NCBI GenBank assembly: GCA_964411615.1
Contig: CAYPLO010000018.1
Coordinates: 1 to 22,237, forward strand
Source of the DNA: an uncultured Aquificales bacterium
GTDB taxonomy: Bacteria > Thermosulfidibacterota > Thermosulfidibacteria > Thermosulfidibacterales > Thermosulfidibacteraceae
Direction of reading: 5' to 3'
Length of the DNA: 22,237 bases
Positions within the stretch are counted from its first letter, which is position 1; every line of letters starts with the position of its first letter. The notes beneath the pieces were generated by a model. It did not search any database, was not told where the DNA came from, and saw only the letters and a program-made list of their open reading frames with translations. Below are positions 1 through 7,950 of this stretch, piece after piece. Made by a program: the position numbers and the translations under genes.

Positions 1-107
1 AGACATCCCTATCCGCAATCCTGGGCATAATCCTGCTGGGGGTGTACTTCTTGGTGAAGCATCAGCAGGTTAAAAGGGCCGTGAGAACAACTGTAAAAAA
101 CACCTAA
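1..107 (+). CDS. 3' end of a membrane protein gene (partial, runs off the left edge)
   Basis: The frame starting at base 3 reads TSLSAILGIILLGVYFLVKHQQVKRAVRTTVKNT-stop (TAA 105-107): a hydrophobic helix followed by a basic tail. It converges on the next gene, with overlapping stop codons. My own translation; not in the ORF track. Confidence 0.6.
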   Translation, partial: TSLSAILGIILLGVYFLVKHQQVKRAVRTTVKNT

Positions 108-1369
108 AGTCTCAGCTTCTCCCTTACCGCCAGTTCTAGGATTTCATCCCTTCTTTTAAGGTAATGGACCAGTTCCCTTTTGGTGTGGAGTACCTGCAGG
201 TAGTGAAGCAGTGCTATGAGGAGCACCCCTCCCGCTGTGTTGCCTATGGTCGCTGGTATAAAGAGCCTGTCCAGCCACTGTTCAAAGGTCACATGGGCTC
301 CGTACACGGCTCCCAAAAGCACCTCAGAGGTGGAGACCACAACATGGGTGAACCCACCTATAGCCATAACGAATATACAGCACCACACGGCCACAAGCTT
401 CCCCATCTCCGTCTCCGCAGAGACCACAAGCCAGGTCATGGTGGTTATTATGGCACCCGCAAAGAGGGCGCTGATAAGGGTTTCTGAAAAAGGGCGTGCG
501 AGCTTGAAGGCGGCAAGCTCCCTCAAGTGCTCAACGGGTAGAGCTCCCAGCACCCCCTTACCCCCAATCAGAACGAGTATGGCAAAAACCACAGCTCCCA
601 GAAGGTTCCCGGCAAGGGTCAACAGCCACAGCTTTAGCAGGTTCTTAAGCCCCCTGCCCGTCTCAATAACAGGGGCCACCGGGACCAGAAAGTTCTCGGT
701 GAAGAGCTCGCTGTGGGAGAGCTTCAGGAGAATAAACCCCACAGGAAAGAAGACGGCACCCACCAGTCTTCCGACAAGCCCGTGGAATACCCCGGCAGCA
801 GCAGCCATGGCCACCGCACCGAAGGTGACGTGGATGGAACCTATCACACCGGAGATGAACATCTCCAGCCACGGCCTTGAGAGCCTCCTGAGTCCCGCAT
901 CCACCACCCTCTGAAAGACCACAAGGGGCCCCTCCTCATCCCCCTCCCTGCTGCGGAGCACCGAGAGCATGGTGTAGAACCTCTCAAGATGCTCCCTCTC
1001 GTCCTCCCCTATCCTCTCAAGGATTCGGGCAACCCTCTCATCCTCCACAAGAAGGGCATCCTCTGCGTAGCCGTTGAGGGCCTTCTGCTCCAGGATGATG
1101 TTTAGGCGTATTATATCTTCGTCGGTCTCAAGGCTGTCCACAAGCTCCATCACAACAGAATCATCGGTGGTCGGGACGTCGTCAAGGGAGGCTCCCATCC
1201 CCTTTATAAGCTCTGCAAGAATGGAGGCGTGGTAGGCCTCTGTTGCCGCTATACTCTTGAGCAACAGGGCGAGGTCCCTGTCCTTAACCCTGCCAGACTG
1301 GTAGTGGTAAACCCTGACGGCCAGACGTTCGGCCCTTAAGGCCTCCTTCAACCTTGACACCAGCTCCAA
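104..1369 (-). CDS. Fusion: N-terminal ferritin/rubrerythrin-like di-iron domain + C-terminal formate/nitrite transporter (FNT, YfdC-like)
   Basis: 421 aa, TTG start 3 nt after the nadK stop. aa 1-140 carry E14/Y21/E44xxH47 and E94/Y101/E124xxH127. aa ~146-395 carry FNT signatures FFPVGF, ELFTEN, AGNLLG, FTHVV, GNTAGG and about 6 hydrophobic segments. Confidence 0.85.
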   Translation of the reverse strand: MELVSRLKEALRAERLAVRVYHYQSGRVKDRDLALLLKSIAATEAYHASILAELIKGMGASLDDVPTTDDSVVMELVDSLETDEDIIRLNIILEQKALNGYAEDALLVEDERVARILERIGEDEREHLERFYTMLSVLRSREGDEEGPLVVFQRVVDAGLRRLSRPWLEMFISGVIGSIHVTFGAVAMAAAAGVFHGLVGRLVGAVFFPVGFILLKLSHSELFTENFLVPVAPVIETGRGLKNLLKLWLLTLAGNLLGAVVFAILVLIGGKGVLGALPVEHLRELAAFKLARPFSETLISALFAGAIITTMTWLVVSAETEMGKLVAVWCCIFVMAIGGFTHVVVSTSEVLLGAVYGAHVTFEQWLDRLFIPATIGNTAGGVLLIALLHYLQVLHTKRELVHYLKRRDEILELAVREKLRL

Positions 1370-1372
1370 CCT

Positions 1373-2218
1373 TCAGGCCCCCCATCTCAGCTTCGTTCTC
1401 AGCACCTCAAAGAAGTCCCTGTTGGGGTTCTTTATTATCCTCACCCTCTTTTTGGCCTTCCTCACCTTAACCAGGTCCTTCACCTTGAGGGCAAAGCCCA
1501 CCTGTCCGTCAAGGGTCACAAAAACATCCTCATTCTCGGTGTTGAGAACAACCTCCACCTCGGAAGTATCGGGTATCACTATGGGACGCTGGCTCAGGGT
1601 GAAGGGACAGATGGGGTTGAGGATGATTCCGGGGATGGTGGGATACATGATGGGACCACCTGCGGCAAGGGAGTAGGCTGTGGAGCCGGTTGGGGTGGAT
1701 ATGATGAGGCCGTCTGCCCTGTACACGGTCAAGAAGCTACCATCCACCTTGGCCTCAAGCTCTATGATGCGGGCGAGGGTCCCCTTGTTTATGACCACAT
1801 CGTTCAGGACCCTGTACTCGGCTATCATCTCACCGTGCCTATAGATGAAGGCCTCCAGCATGAATCTTTCGTCAACCACATAGTCCCCCTGGAGCACCCT
1901 CTCCATCATCTGGTACAGCTCATCCAGGGTGACCTCAGTCAAAAAGCCCAACCTACCCAGGTTCACACCCAGTATGGGCACATCGTTCCCGTAAACGAGT
2001 CTGGCCACAGAGAGGAAGGTGCCGTCCCCACCTATGACAACGATTATATCGGACACGTAGGGGATTTCGGACTTCTTGTAGCCCGACTCCATGCCGGCTA
2101 TGACAGCGGTCTCCTCATCCATGAAGACCTCAACATCCCTCTCCCTGAGCCACCTTGCCAGCTGGGATACCACCTCATCGGCAGGCTTCTTTGGCTTTGC
2201 TATTATCCCTATCCTCAT
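1373..2218 (-). CDS. nadK: NAD(+) kinase
   Basis: GGDGT motif, GVNLGRLGFL, NDVV, and ADGLIISTPTGSTAYSLAAGGP; 281 aa; TGATG coupling to cdaA. Confidence 0.97.
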   Translation of the reverse strand: MRIGIIAKPKKPADEVVSQLARWLRERDVEVFMDEETAVIAGMESGYKKSEIPYVSDIIVVIGGDGTFLSVARLVYGNDVPILGVNLGRLGFLTEVTLDELYQMMERVLQGDYVVDERFMLEAFIYRHGEMIAEYRVLNDVVINKGTLARIIELEAKVDGSFLTVYRADGLIISTPTGSTAYSLAAGGPIMYPTIPGIILNPICPFTLSQRPIVIPDTSEVEVVLNTENEDVFVTLDGQVGFALKVKDLVKVRKAKKRVRIIKNPNRDFFEVLRTKLRWGA

Positions 2219-3036
2219 CAGGCTACCTCCTGCTCCCCGTAGAGGAGCTCCATAAGAGCGTTCTTCAAGGTCTCCTTGTCCAGCTCCCTCTTTATCTTCC
2301 CTCCAACGGCGAGGGAGATTATGCCCGTCTCCTCGGATACCACAACAACCACCGCATCCGTATCCTCTGAAAGGCCTATGGCGGCCCTGTGGCGGGTACC
2401 CAAGGACTTGCTTATCATGGGGTCCGAGGAGAGGGGAAGCAGACAGGCGGCCGCCGCTATCCTGTCCTCCCTGATTATGACGGCACCGTCGTGCAACGGT
2501 GAGTAGGGCAGGAATATGGAGATGAGCAGCTCCTCTGTGACCACAGCATCAAGGAGTATGCCCGACTCTATGTAGTTCTTCAGCCCCATGCTCCTCTCAA
2601 AGACGATAAGGGCCCCTATCCTCTTTCTTGAGAAGTAGGAACAGGCATCCACCACCGCATTCACCACCATGGTCTCCTTGAAGGTGGGGCCCAAGGGGTA
2701 TATCCTCCCCACATCTGCAAGCCCCCTCCTCAGCTCCGGCTGGAAGAGTATCACCACCACAAGCACTCCCACCTGCCAGAAGTTCTCAAAGAGCCACATG
2801 AGGGTCTTCAGCTCAAACCAGCGGGCCACAAAGGACAAGAGCACCAGGAAGAAAAGCCCAAGAAGCATGCGAAGGGCCTTGGTCCCCCTCACTATCTTCA
2901 TGAGCTGATAGACGATGAAGGAGACCAGCAGTATGTCTATGACGTCCCTCACGGTGATGGAACGGATGCGGTCAAGGTAGGAGTAGAGAATCAGCAGAAG
3001 GTGCTGCTTAAGCTTTAGCAACTCCTGAGTCCACAT
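2218..3036 (-). CDS. cdaA: Membrane-bound diadenylate cyclase (CdaA/DacA)
   Basis: Three N-terminal hydrophobic segments, FQPELRR, and catalytic LHDGAV and GTRHRAA motifs, then VSEETG. The start is uncertain (overlaps folP by 29 nt). Confidence 0.95.
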   Translation of the reverse strand: MWTQELLKLKQHLLLILYSYLDRIRSITVRDVIDILLVSFIVYQLMKIVRGTKALRMLLGLFFLVLLSFVARWFELKTLMWLFENFWQVGVLVVVILFQPELRRGLADVGRIYPLGPTFKETMVVNAVVDACSYFSRKRIGALIVFERSMGLKNYIESGILLDAVVTEELLISIFLPYSPLHDGAVIIREDRIAAAACLLPLSSDPMISKSLGTRHRAAIGLSEDTDAVVVVVSEETGIISLAVGGKIKRELDKETLKNALMELLYGEQEVA

Positions 3037-3868
3037 TGGCTATTTCCCAGGCCACAAGGGCGGCCCTTTTTGCCTCCCTCACGTCATGCACACGGACTAT
3101 CCTTGCCCCCTTGTAAACCGAAAGGGCAACGGTGGCCAGGGTCCCCTCAAGCCTCTCCTCGGGGGGGAGGTCAAGAATCATGCCTATGAAGGACTTGCGA
3201 GACGGCCCCACAAGAACGGGGGCTATGCGGGTGAACACATCAAGATACTTGAGTATGAGCAGGTTGTCCTCAAGCCTCTTGCCAAAGCCTATGCCGGGGT
3301 CAACAACAACCCTCTCCTTCGGAAGCCCACAGTGATTTAGAGCAAACTCCACCCTCTCCCTCAAAAAGCTCTCTATCTCCGCAACGGTATCCTCGTAAAA
3401 GGGGGATTTCTGCATATCCTTAGGCGTTCCCTTCATATGCATGAGGACCACAAAGGGCCTGTGGCGGGAGACAACCTCCGGCATGGCAGGGTCAAACCTC
3501 AGAGCGCTTATGTCGTTCACCATACAGGCCCCCCTGGCGAGGGCCTCATCCGCCACCTTGGCCTTGTAGGTGTCAACAGAGATGGGAAGTTCCGGGAATC
3601 TCTCCGCAACGGCCTCCACCACGGGCAGAACCCTCCTGAGCTCCTCATCAAGGGGAACCGGCTCGGCACCGGGCCTTGAGGACTCGCCACCTATATCAAC
3701 TATATCGGCCCCCTCCTCAACCATCTGTTCAACCCTGAACAGGGCCCTGTCCAGAGCAGAGTACCTCCCCCCGTCGTAGAAGGAGTCCGGTGTCACATTG
3801 AGTATCCCCATGATTAGGGGGGGACGGGACGGGTCTATCAGGGCATCTGCCAGCTCCTCAGGCCGCAT
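3008..3868 (-). CDS. folP: Dihydropteroate synthase
   Basis: [47 protein letters not shown]. Start placed at ATG 3868 (MRPEE...), preceded by GGAGG, rather than the track start 3982, which lies deep inside ftsH. Confidence 0.96.
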   Translation of the reverse strand: MRPEELADALIDPSRPPLIMGILNVTPDSFYDGGRYSALDRALFRVEQMVEEGADIVDIGGESSRPGAEPVPLDEELRRVLPVVEAVAERFPELPISVDTYKAKVADEALARGACMVNDISALRFDPAMPEVVSRHRPFVVLMHMKGTPKDMQKSPFYEDTVAEIESFLRERVEFALNHCGLPKERVVVDPGIGFGKRLEDNLLILKYLDVFTRIAPVLVGPSRKSFIGMILDLPPEERLEGTLATVALSVYKGARIVRVHDVREAKRAALVAWEIANVDSGVAKA

Positions 3869-5807
3869 CCTGCTCCTCCACGAATAGCCTGCTCCTTTTG
3901 AGCTCAAAACGGGAGAGTATCTGCTCAAGCTCCTCTCCAGAGATGACCTCCTTCTCCAGAAGGGCCTCAACGATTGCGTCAAGGGCCTCCCTGTTATCGG
4001 TGAGCAATCTCCTGGCCTCCTCGTAGCAGGTTGTGACGATTCTCTTCACCTCGTCGTCTATCTCCTGGGCGGTCCTCTCGCTGTAGTCCTTGCTCAGCGC
4101 CAGGTCCCTTCCCAGAAAGACCAGCTCATCCTTCTTGCCGAAAGAAAGAGGCCCCAGCCTTTCGCTCATTCCGTAGAAGCATACCATCTTCCTGGCTATG
4201 TCGGTGGCCCTTTCTAAGTCGTTGGCGGCCCCTGTGGTCTGCTTCTTGAAGACTATCTCCTCGGCGGCCCTACCGCCGAGAAGAACCGTTATCAGCTTCA
4301 TAAGGTAGTCCTTCGTGTGGAGGTACCTGTCCTCCTCGGGAAGCTGCTGGGTCACTCCAAGGGCCATACCCCTGGGGATTATGGTGACCTTATGCACAGG
4401 GTCCGTGCCCGGTATCAGCTTGGCCACAAGGGCGTGTCCCGCCTCATGGTAGGCTATGAACCTCTTCTCCTCGTCGCTTATGAGCATGCTCTTCCTCTCA
4501 ACCCCCATGAGTATCTTGTCCTTGGCCTCCTCAAAGTCCTCCATCTCTATCTTGTCCTTGCCCTTCCTCGCTGCGATGAGCGCCGCCTCGTTCACAAGGT
4601 TGGCGATGTCCGCCCCTGCAAATCCAGGGGTCCCCTTGGCAATAACCTCAAGGTCCACATCCTCAGCTAAGGGCTTGTCCTTCGTGTGGACCTTCAGTAT
4701 CTCCAGCCTTCCCTTCACATCGGGCCTCGGTATAACCACCCTCCTGTCAAACCTTCCGGGCCTGAGCAGGGCGGGGTCCAGCACATCGGGCCTGTTGGTG
4801 GCGGCGAGGATGACGATTCCCTCAGAGGTGTCAAAGCCGTCCATCTCCACCAGCAGCTGGTTGAGGGTCTGCTCCCTCTCGTCGTGGCCTCCTCCTATGC
4901 CCGCTCCCCTCTGCCTTCCCACCGCATCTATCTCGTCTATGAACACGATGCAGGGGGCGTGCCTTCTGGCCTGCTCAAAGAGGTCCCTGACCCTGGCGGC
5001 ACCCACACCAACGAACATCTCCACGAACTCGGAGCCGCTTATGCTCAGAAAGGGAACCCCCGCCTCCCCCGCTATGGCCTTGGCAAGTAAAGTTTTGCCC
5101 GTGCCGGGAGGACCAACCAGGAGGACCCCCTTGGGCATCTTGCCCCCGAGCCTCTGGAACTTCTTGGGGTCCTTCAGAAACTCGATTATCTCCTTCACCT
5201 CCTCCTTGGCCTCCTCTATGTCCGCCACATCCTTGAAGGTGACCTTTTTACCCTGGTCTATCACCAGACGGGCCCTGCTCTTGCCGAAGGAGAAGGCCCT
5301 GCCGCTTCCTACCTGCATCTGCCTCATGAAGAAGACCCACACCCCTATGAGAATCAGCAGGGGAAGCCAGTTGGAGAGGAAGTTCATGTACCAGGGGGGC
5401 TTCTCAGGGGGCTTAACGTATATCTGAACCCCCTTCTCCTTGAGGAGCTTTATCAGGTCCGGGTCGGGGGGGAAGGCCACCTTAACCTTCACCAAAGCGG
5501 GCTGCTTAGGCTTTCTCTTCTGCTGTATCCACTGGAAGACGGGCTTGAGCTTGCCCCCCACCGCCTTGAAGTCCTCCAAGGGAACCTGGGTGTAGAGCAC
5601 GTACTCCTTCATCAGGACGCTCTTCACAGCCCCCCTGTCCACAAGCTCCAGAAACTGGGTGTAGTTGAGCTCGTGGACGGGCTCTGCGGGCATGTTTGAG
5701 AAGTTGAAGACGGCAATCACCAGCACCATTATGATAAGCCATATGAGCAGGCCCCTTCCGAAACTGGGACCTGCAGGCGGCCTTCTCGGCAGTCTTCCGT
5801 TGGGCAT
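3858..5807 (-). CDS. ftsH: ATP-dependent zinc metalloprotease FtsH
   Basis: Two N-terminal TM segments, Walker A GPPGTGKT, Walker [30 protein letters not shown], zinc motif HEAGH; AGGAGG upstream. Confidence 0.98.
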   Translation of the reverse strand: MPNGRLPRRPPAGPSFGRGLLIWLIIMVLVIAVFNFSNMPAEPVHELNYTQFLELVDRGAVKSVLMKEYVLYTQVPLEDFKAVGGKLKPVFQWIQQKRKPKQPALVKVKVAFPPDPDLIKLLKEKGVQIYVKPPEKPPWYMNFLSNWLPLLILIGVWVFFMRQMQVGSGRAFSFGKSRARLVIDQGKKVTFKDVADIEEAKEEVKEIIEFLKDPKKFQRLGGKMPKGVLLVGPPGTGKTLLAKAIAGEAGVPFLSISGSEFVEMFVGVGAARVRDLFEQARRHAPCIVFIDEIDAVGRQRGAGIGGGHDEREQTLNQLLVEMDGFDTSEGIVILAATNRPDVLDPALLRPGRFDRRVVIPRPDVKGRLEILKVHTKDKPLAEDVDLEVIAKGTPGFAGADIANLVNEAALIAARKGKDKIEMEDFEEAKDKILMGVERKSMLISDEEKRFIAYHEAGHALVAKLIPGTDPVHKVTIIPRGMALGVTQQLPEEDRYLHTKDYLMKLITVLLGGRAAEEIVFKKQTTGAANDLERATDIARKMVCFYGMSERLGPLSFGKKDELVFLGRDLALSKDYSERTAQEIDDEVKRIVTTCYEEARRLLTDNREALDAIVEALLEKEVISGEELEQILSRFELKRSRLFVEEQDAA

Positions 5808-5819
5808 AAAGCTATCCTC

Positions 5820-6287
5820 CTAATCCCTTGTTGTGGCCTTTATCCTCAAGGGGTTGAGGAGAAGGCCTATGGCATCCTGGGGCGAAAACACAACCACATC
5901 CGCCATCTCAAGGGCGGCAAGGGATGCCCCCTCCCGCCAGCAGACCCCTATACCGAGGCAGGCCCTCTCCAGCATGAGGTGGTCGTTGTAGCCGTTGCCA
6001 ACGGCCACCGTCCTTTCCGGCCCAAGCCTCTCTATCCACTCCTTCTTCTGGACACTGGCGGAACCTTTGGGGTCCAGAACCACCACCTCAACCCCTGGAA
6101 TATCAAGCTTCTCTGCCGTTCCGAAGGTGTCGGAGGTGACGATGTAGACCCTAACCCTTCTGGCAAGCTCCACAAGCATCTCCCTAACATCCTCGGGGAT
6201 AACCCCATCCACAGAGAGGGTGCCGTTCATGTCAAAGACCACGTTCTCAACCCTGTAAACGCTGCCGTGGACCTCCACCTCTATCAC
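5820..6287 (-). CDS. Small capless HAD-family hydrolase (soluble P-type ATPase-like phosphatase)
   Basis: Motif I VFDMNGTL, motif II TSDTFGT, motif III K, motif IV VGNGYND; 155 aa; GTGA overlap with waaA. Confidence 0.85.
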   Translation of the reverse strand: MIEVEVHGSVYRVENVVFDMNGTLSVDGVIPEDVREMLVELARRVRVYIVTSDTFGTAEKLDIPGVEVVVLDPKGSASVQKKEWIERLGPERTVAVGNGYNDHLMLERACLGIGVCWREGASLAALEMADVVVFSPQDAIGLLLNPLRIKATTRD

Positions 6288-7552
6288 AGCACCTCCTCCA
6301 GGGCCCTGAGGACCTCATCAACGGCCCTTCCCGCCTCCGAAAACCTCTCAAGGACCCTCTCCCTGCTGAAGGGACACTGGCCCTTTAACACCTCCAACAC
6401 AAAGGAGGCAAGCTGACCTGCATCCTCCACCACCTCCACGAACTCGCCCACCTCCTCCATAACATCGGCAAAGTTGAAGTGATGCGGTCCGATGGCCGTT
6501 GGAACGCCAAACACTAAGGGCTCCAAGGGGTTGTGTCCCCCCACCTCAACCAGAGAGCCACCCACAAATACCACCTGGGCCACAGAGTATAGGGAGAACA
6601 GCTCCCCCATGGTGTCCACAAGGAGCACCTGATGGTCGGCCAAAGCATCCCTTCTGCTGCGAAGCCCTAAGTTAAAGCCCTTTGCCCTTATTAGCTCCTC
6701 AACCTCACGGAAACGCTCCGGATGCCTGGGAACCACCGCCAGCCTCAGCTCCGGCACCTGCTCAAGGACCATTCTGTAGGCCTCAAGGAGAATCTCCTCC
6801 TCACCCCTGTGGGTGGAGCCGCACACCCATAAAGGGAAGCTCCCAAGTCCCAAATCTTCCCTCACCCTGTCCGGAGATACTGACTTTGAACGCAGAAGAA
6901 CGGAGTAGAACTTGATGTTTCCCGTAACCTTCACCCTGTCCTGTGGAGCCCCCAGCTGAACCAATCTTGCCGCATCAAGGGGACTTCTGGCAAATATGTA
7001 ACGGTAAGCCTCAAGGACAGGCCTCATAAACCAGCGAATCCTCATGTAGCCGTTGAAGGAGGAGGGAGAGACCCTCGCGTTCACCATAAACAGAGGCACA
7101 TTCCTGGACCTGCACACCTCCACAAAGGAGGGCCATATCTCCGTCTCCGCTATGACAACGGCTGAGGGAGCCGTCCTGCTGACAACCTTCCAGACCACAG
7201 GGTAGAAGTCAAAGGGGAAGTAGAATACGGCGTCTGCCACACCTGAGAGCCTCTTTAAGGCTATCTCCATGCCTGTATGGGTGGTGACGGAGTAGTAAAC
7301 CCCAACCTGGGGATGGCGCCTCTTGAACTCCTCAACTAAGGGGGCGATGGCCAGGGTCTCACCTACGGAGACGCCGTGGAACCAGACCCTTCTGCTATGG
7401 GGCAGAGGCTCAGGCAGCTCAAACCCCAGCTTCTGGGAAAGCCCCGCCCTGTACTTGGGAACCGTCCCCAGCTTGTAAATGACGTAGGGGAAGGTGAGGG
7501 CAACCCCCACGGGATAGGCGAGGTTATACAGGCCAAGGGCAAGCCTATGCAT
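6284..7552 (-). CDS. waaA: 3-deoxy-D-manno-octulosonic acid (Kdo) transferase
   Basis: WFHGVSVGE, FPFD, ETEIWP, NARVS, TGNIKF, GSTH, PRHPER, DTMGEL, GGHNPLEP. Start probably ATG 7552 (TGATG overlap with the mce stop); alternative GTG at 7567. Confidence 0.95.
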   Translation of the reverse strand: MHRLALGLYNLAYPVGVALTFPYVIYKLGTVPKYRAGLSQKLGFELPEPLPHSRRVWFHGVSVGETLAIAPLVEEFKRRHPQVGVYYSVTTHTGMEIALKRLSGVADAVFYFPFDFYPVVWKVVSRTAPSAVVIAETEIWPSFVEVCRSRNVPLFMVNARVSPSSFNGYMRIRWFMRPVLEAYRYIFARSPLDAARLVQLGAPQDRVKVTGNIKFYSVLLRSKSVSPDRVREDLGLGSFPLWVCGSTHRGEEEILLEAYRMVLEQVPELRLAVVPRHPERFREVEELIRAKGFNLGLRSRRDALADHQVLLVDTMGELFSLYSVAQVVFVGGSLVEVGGHNPLEPLVFGVPTAIGPHHFNFADVMEEVGEFVEVVEDAGQLASFVLEVLKGQCPFSRERVLERFSEAGRAVDEVLRALEEVL

Positions 7553-7950
7553 CAGCCTTCCTGGCACAGCTCCACCAGCACCCCATTGGTGGATTTGGGA
7601 TGGACGAAGGCAATCCTGGTGTTGTGGGCCCCCCTTCTGGGCCTCTCATCTATGAGCCTCACCCCACTCTTTTTGAGCTCTTCAAGGGCGGCCTCTATAT
7701 CGTCCACCTGGAAGGCTATGTGGTGTATCCCTTCACCCCTCTTATCCAGGAACTTGGCCACGGGAGAGTCCTCAGAGGTGGGCTCAAGCAGCTCTACCCT
7801 GGTCTCCCCCACCTGTATGAAGGCCACCTTCACCTTCTGCTCCTCCACAACCTCCTCCCCCTCCACCTCAAGGCCGAGAAGCTCGTAGAACCTCTTCGCC
7901 TCATCTATGCTTCTGACCGCTATACCTATGTGGTTAACCTTTCTCAACAT
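7552..7950 (-). CDS. mce: Methylmalonyl-CoA epimerase (VOC fold)
   Basis: NHIGIAV, ELLEP, GEGIHHIAFQV, AFVHPKSTNGVLVEL; 132 aa; GGAGG upstream; clustered with the mutase and carboxylase. Confidence 0.93.
   Translation of the reverse strand: MLRKVNHIGIAVRSIDEAKRFYELLGLEVEGEEVVEEQKVKVAFIQVGETRVELLEPTSEDSPVAKFLDKRGEGIHHIAFQVDDIEAALEELKKSGVRLIDERPRRGAHNTRIAFVHPKSTNGVLVELCQEG

Noticed and set aside
3005..3030. Near-palindrome TGCTTAAGCTTTAGCA and CIRCE-like TTAGCAACTC at the folP/cdaA overlap
   Set aside because: There is no matching second CIRCE arm at 9-nt spacing, it lies downstream of ftsH rather than upstream, and the region is constrained by two overlapping frames; likely chance.
3869..3982. 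38-aa N-terminal extension of FolP given by the ORF track
   Set aside because: It lies inside the ftsH 3' end and is low-complexity R/S-rich; ATG 3868 has a good GGAGG SD and gives a normal-length FolP.
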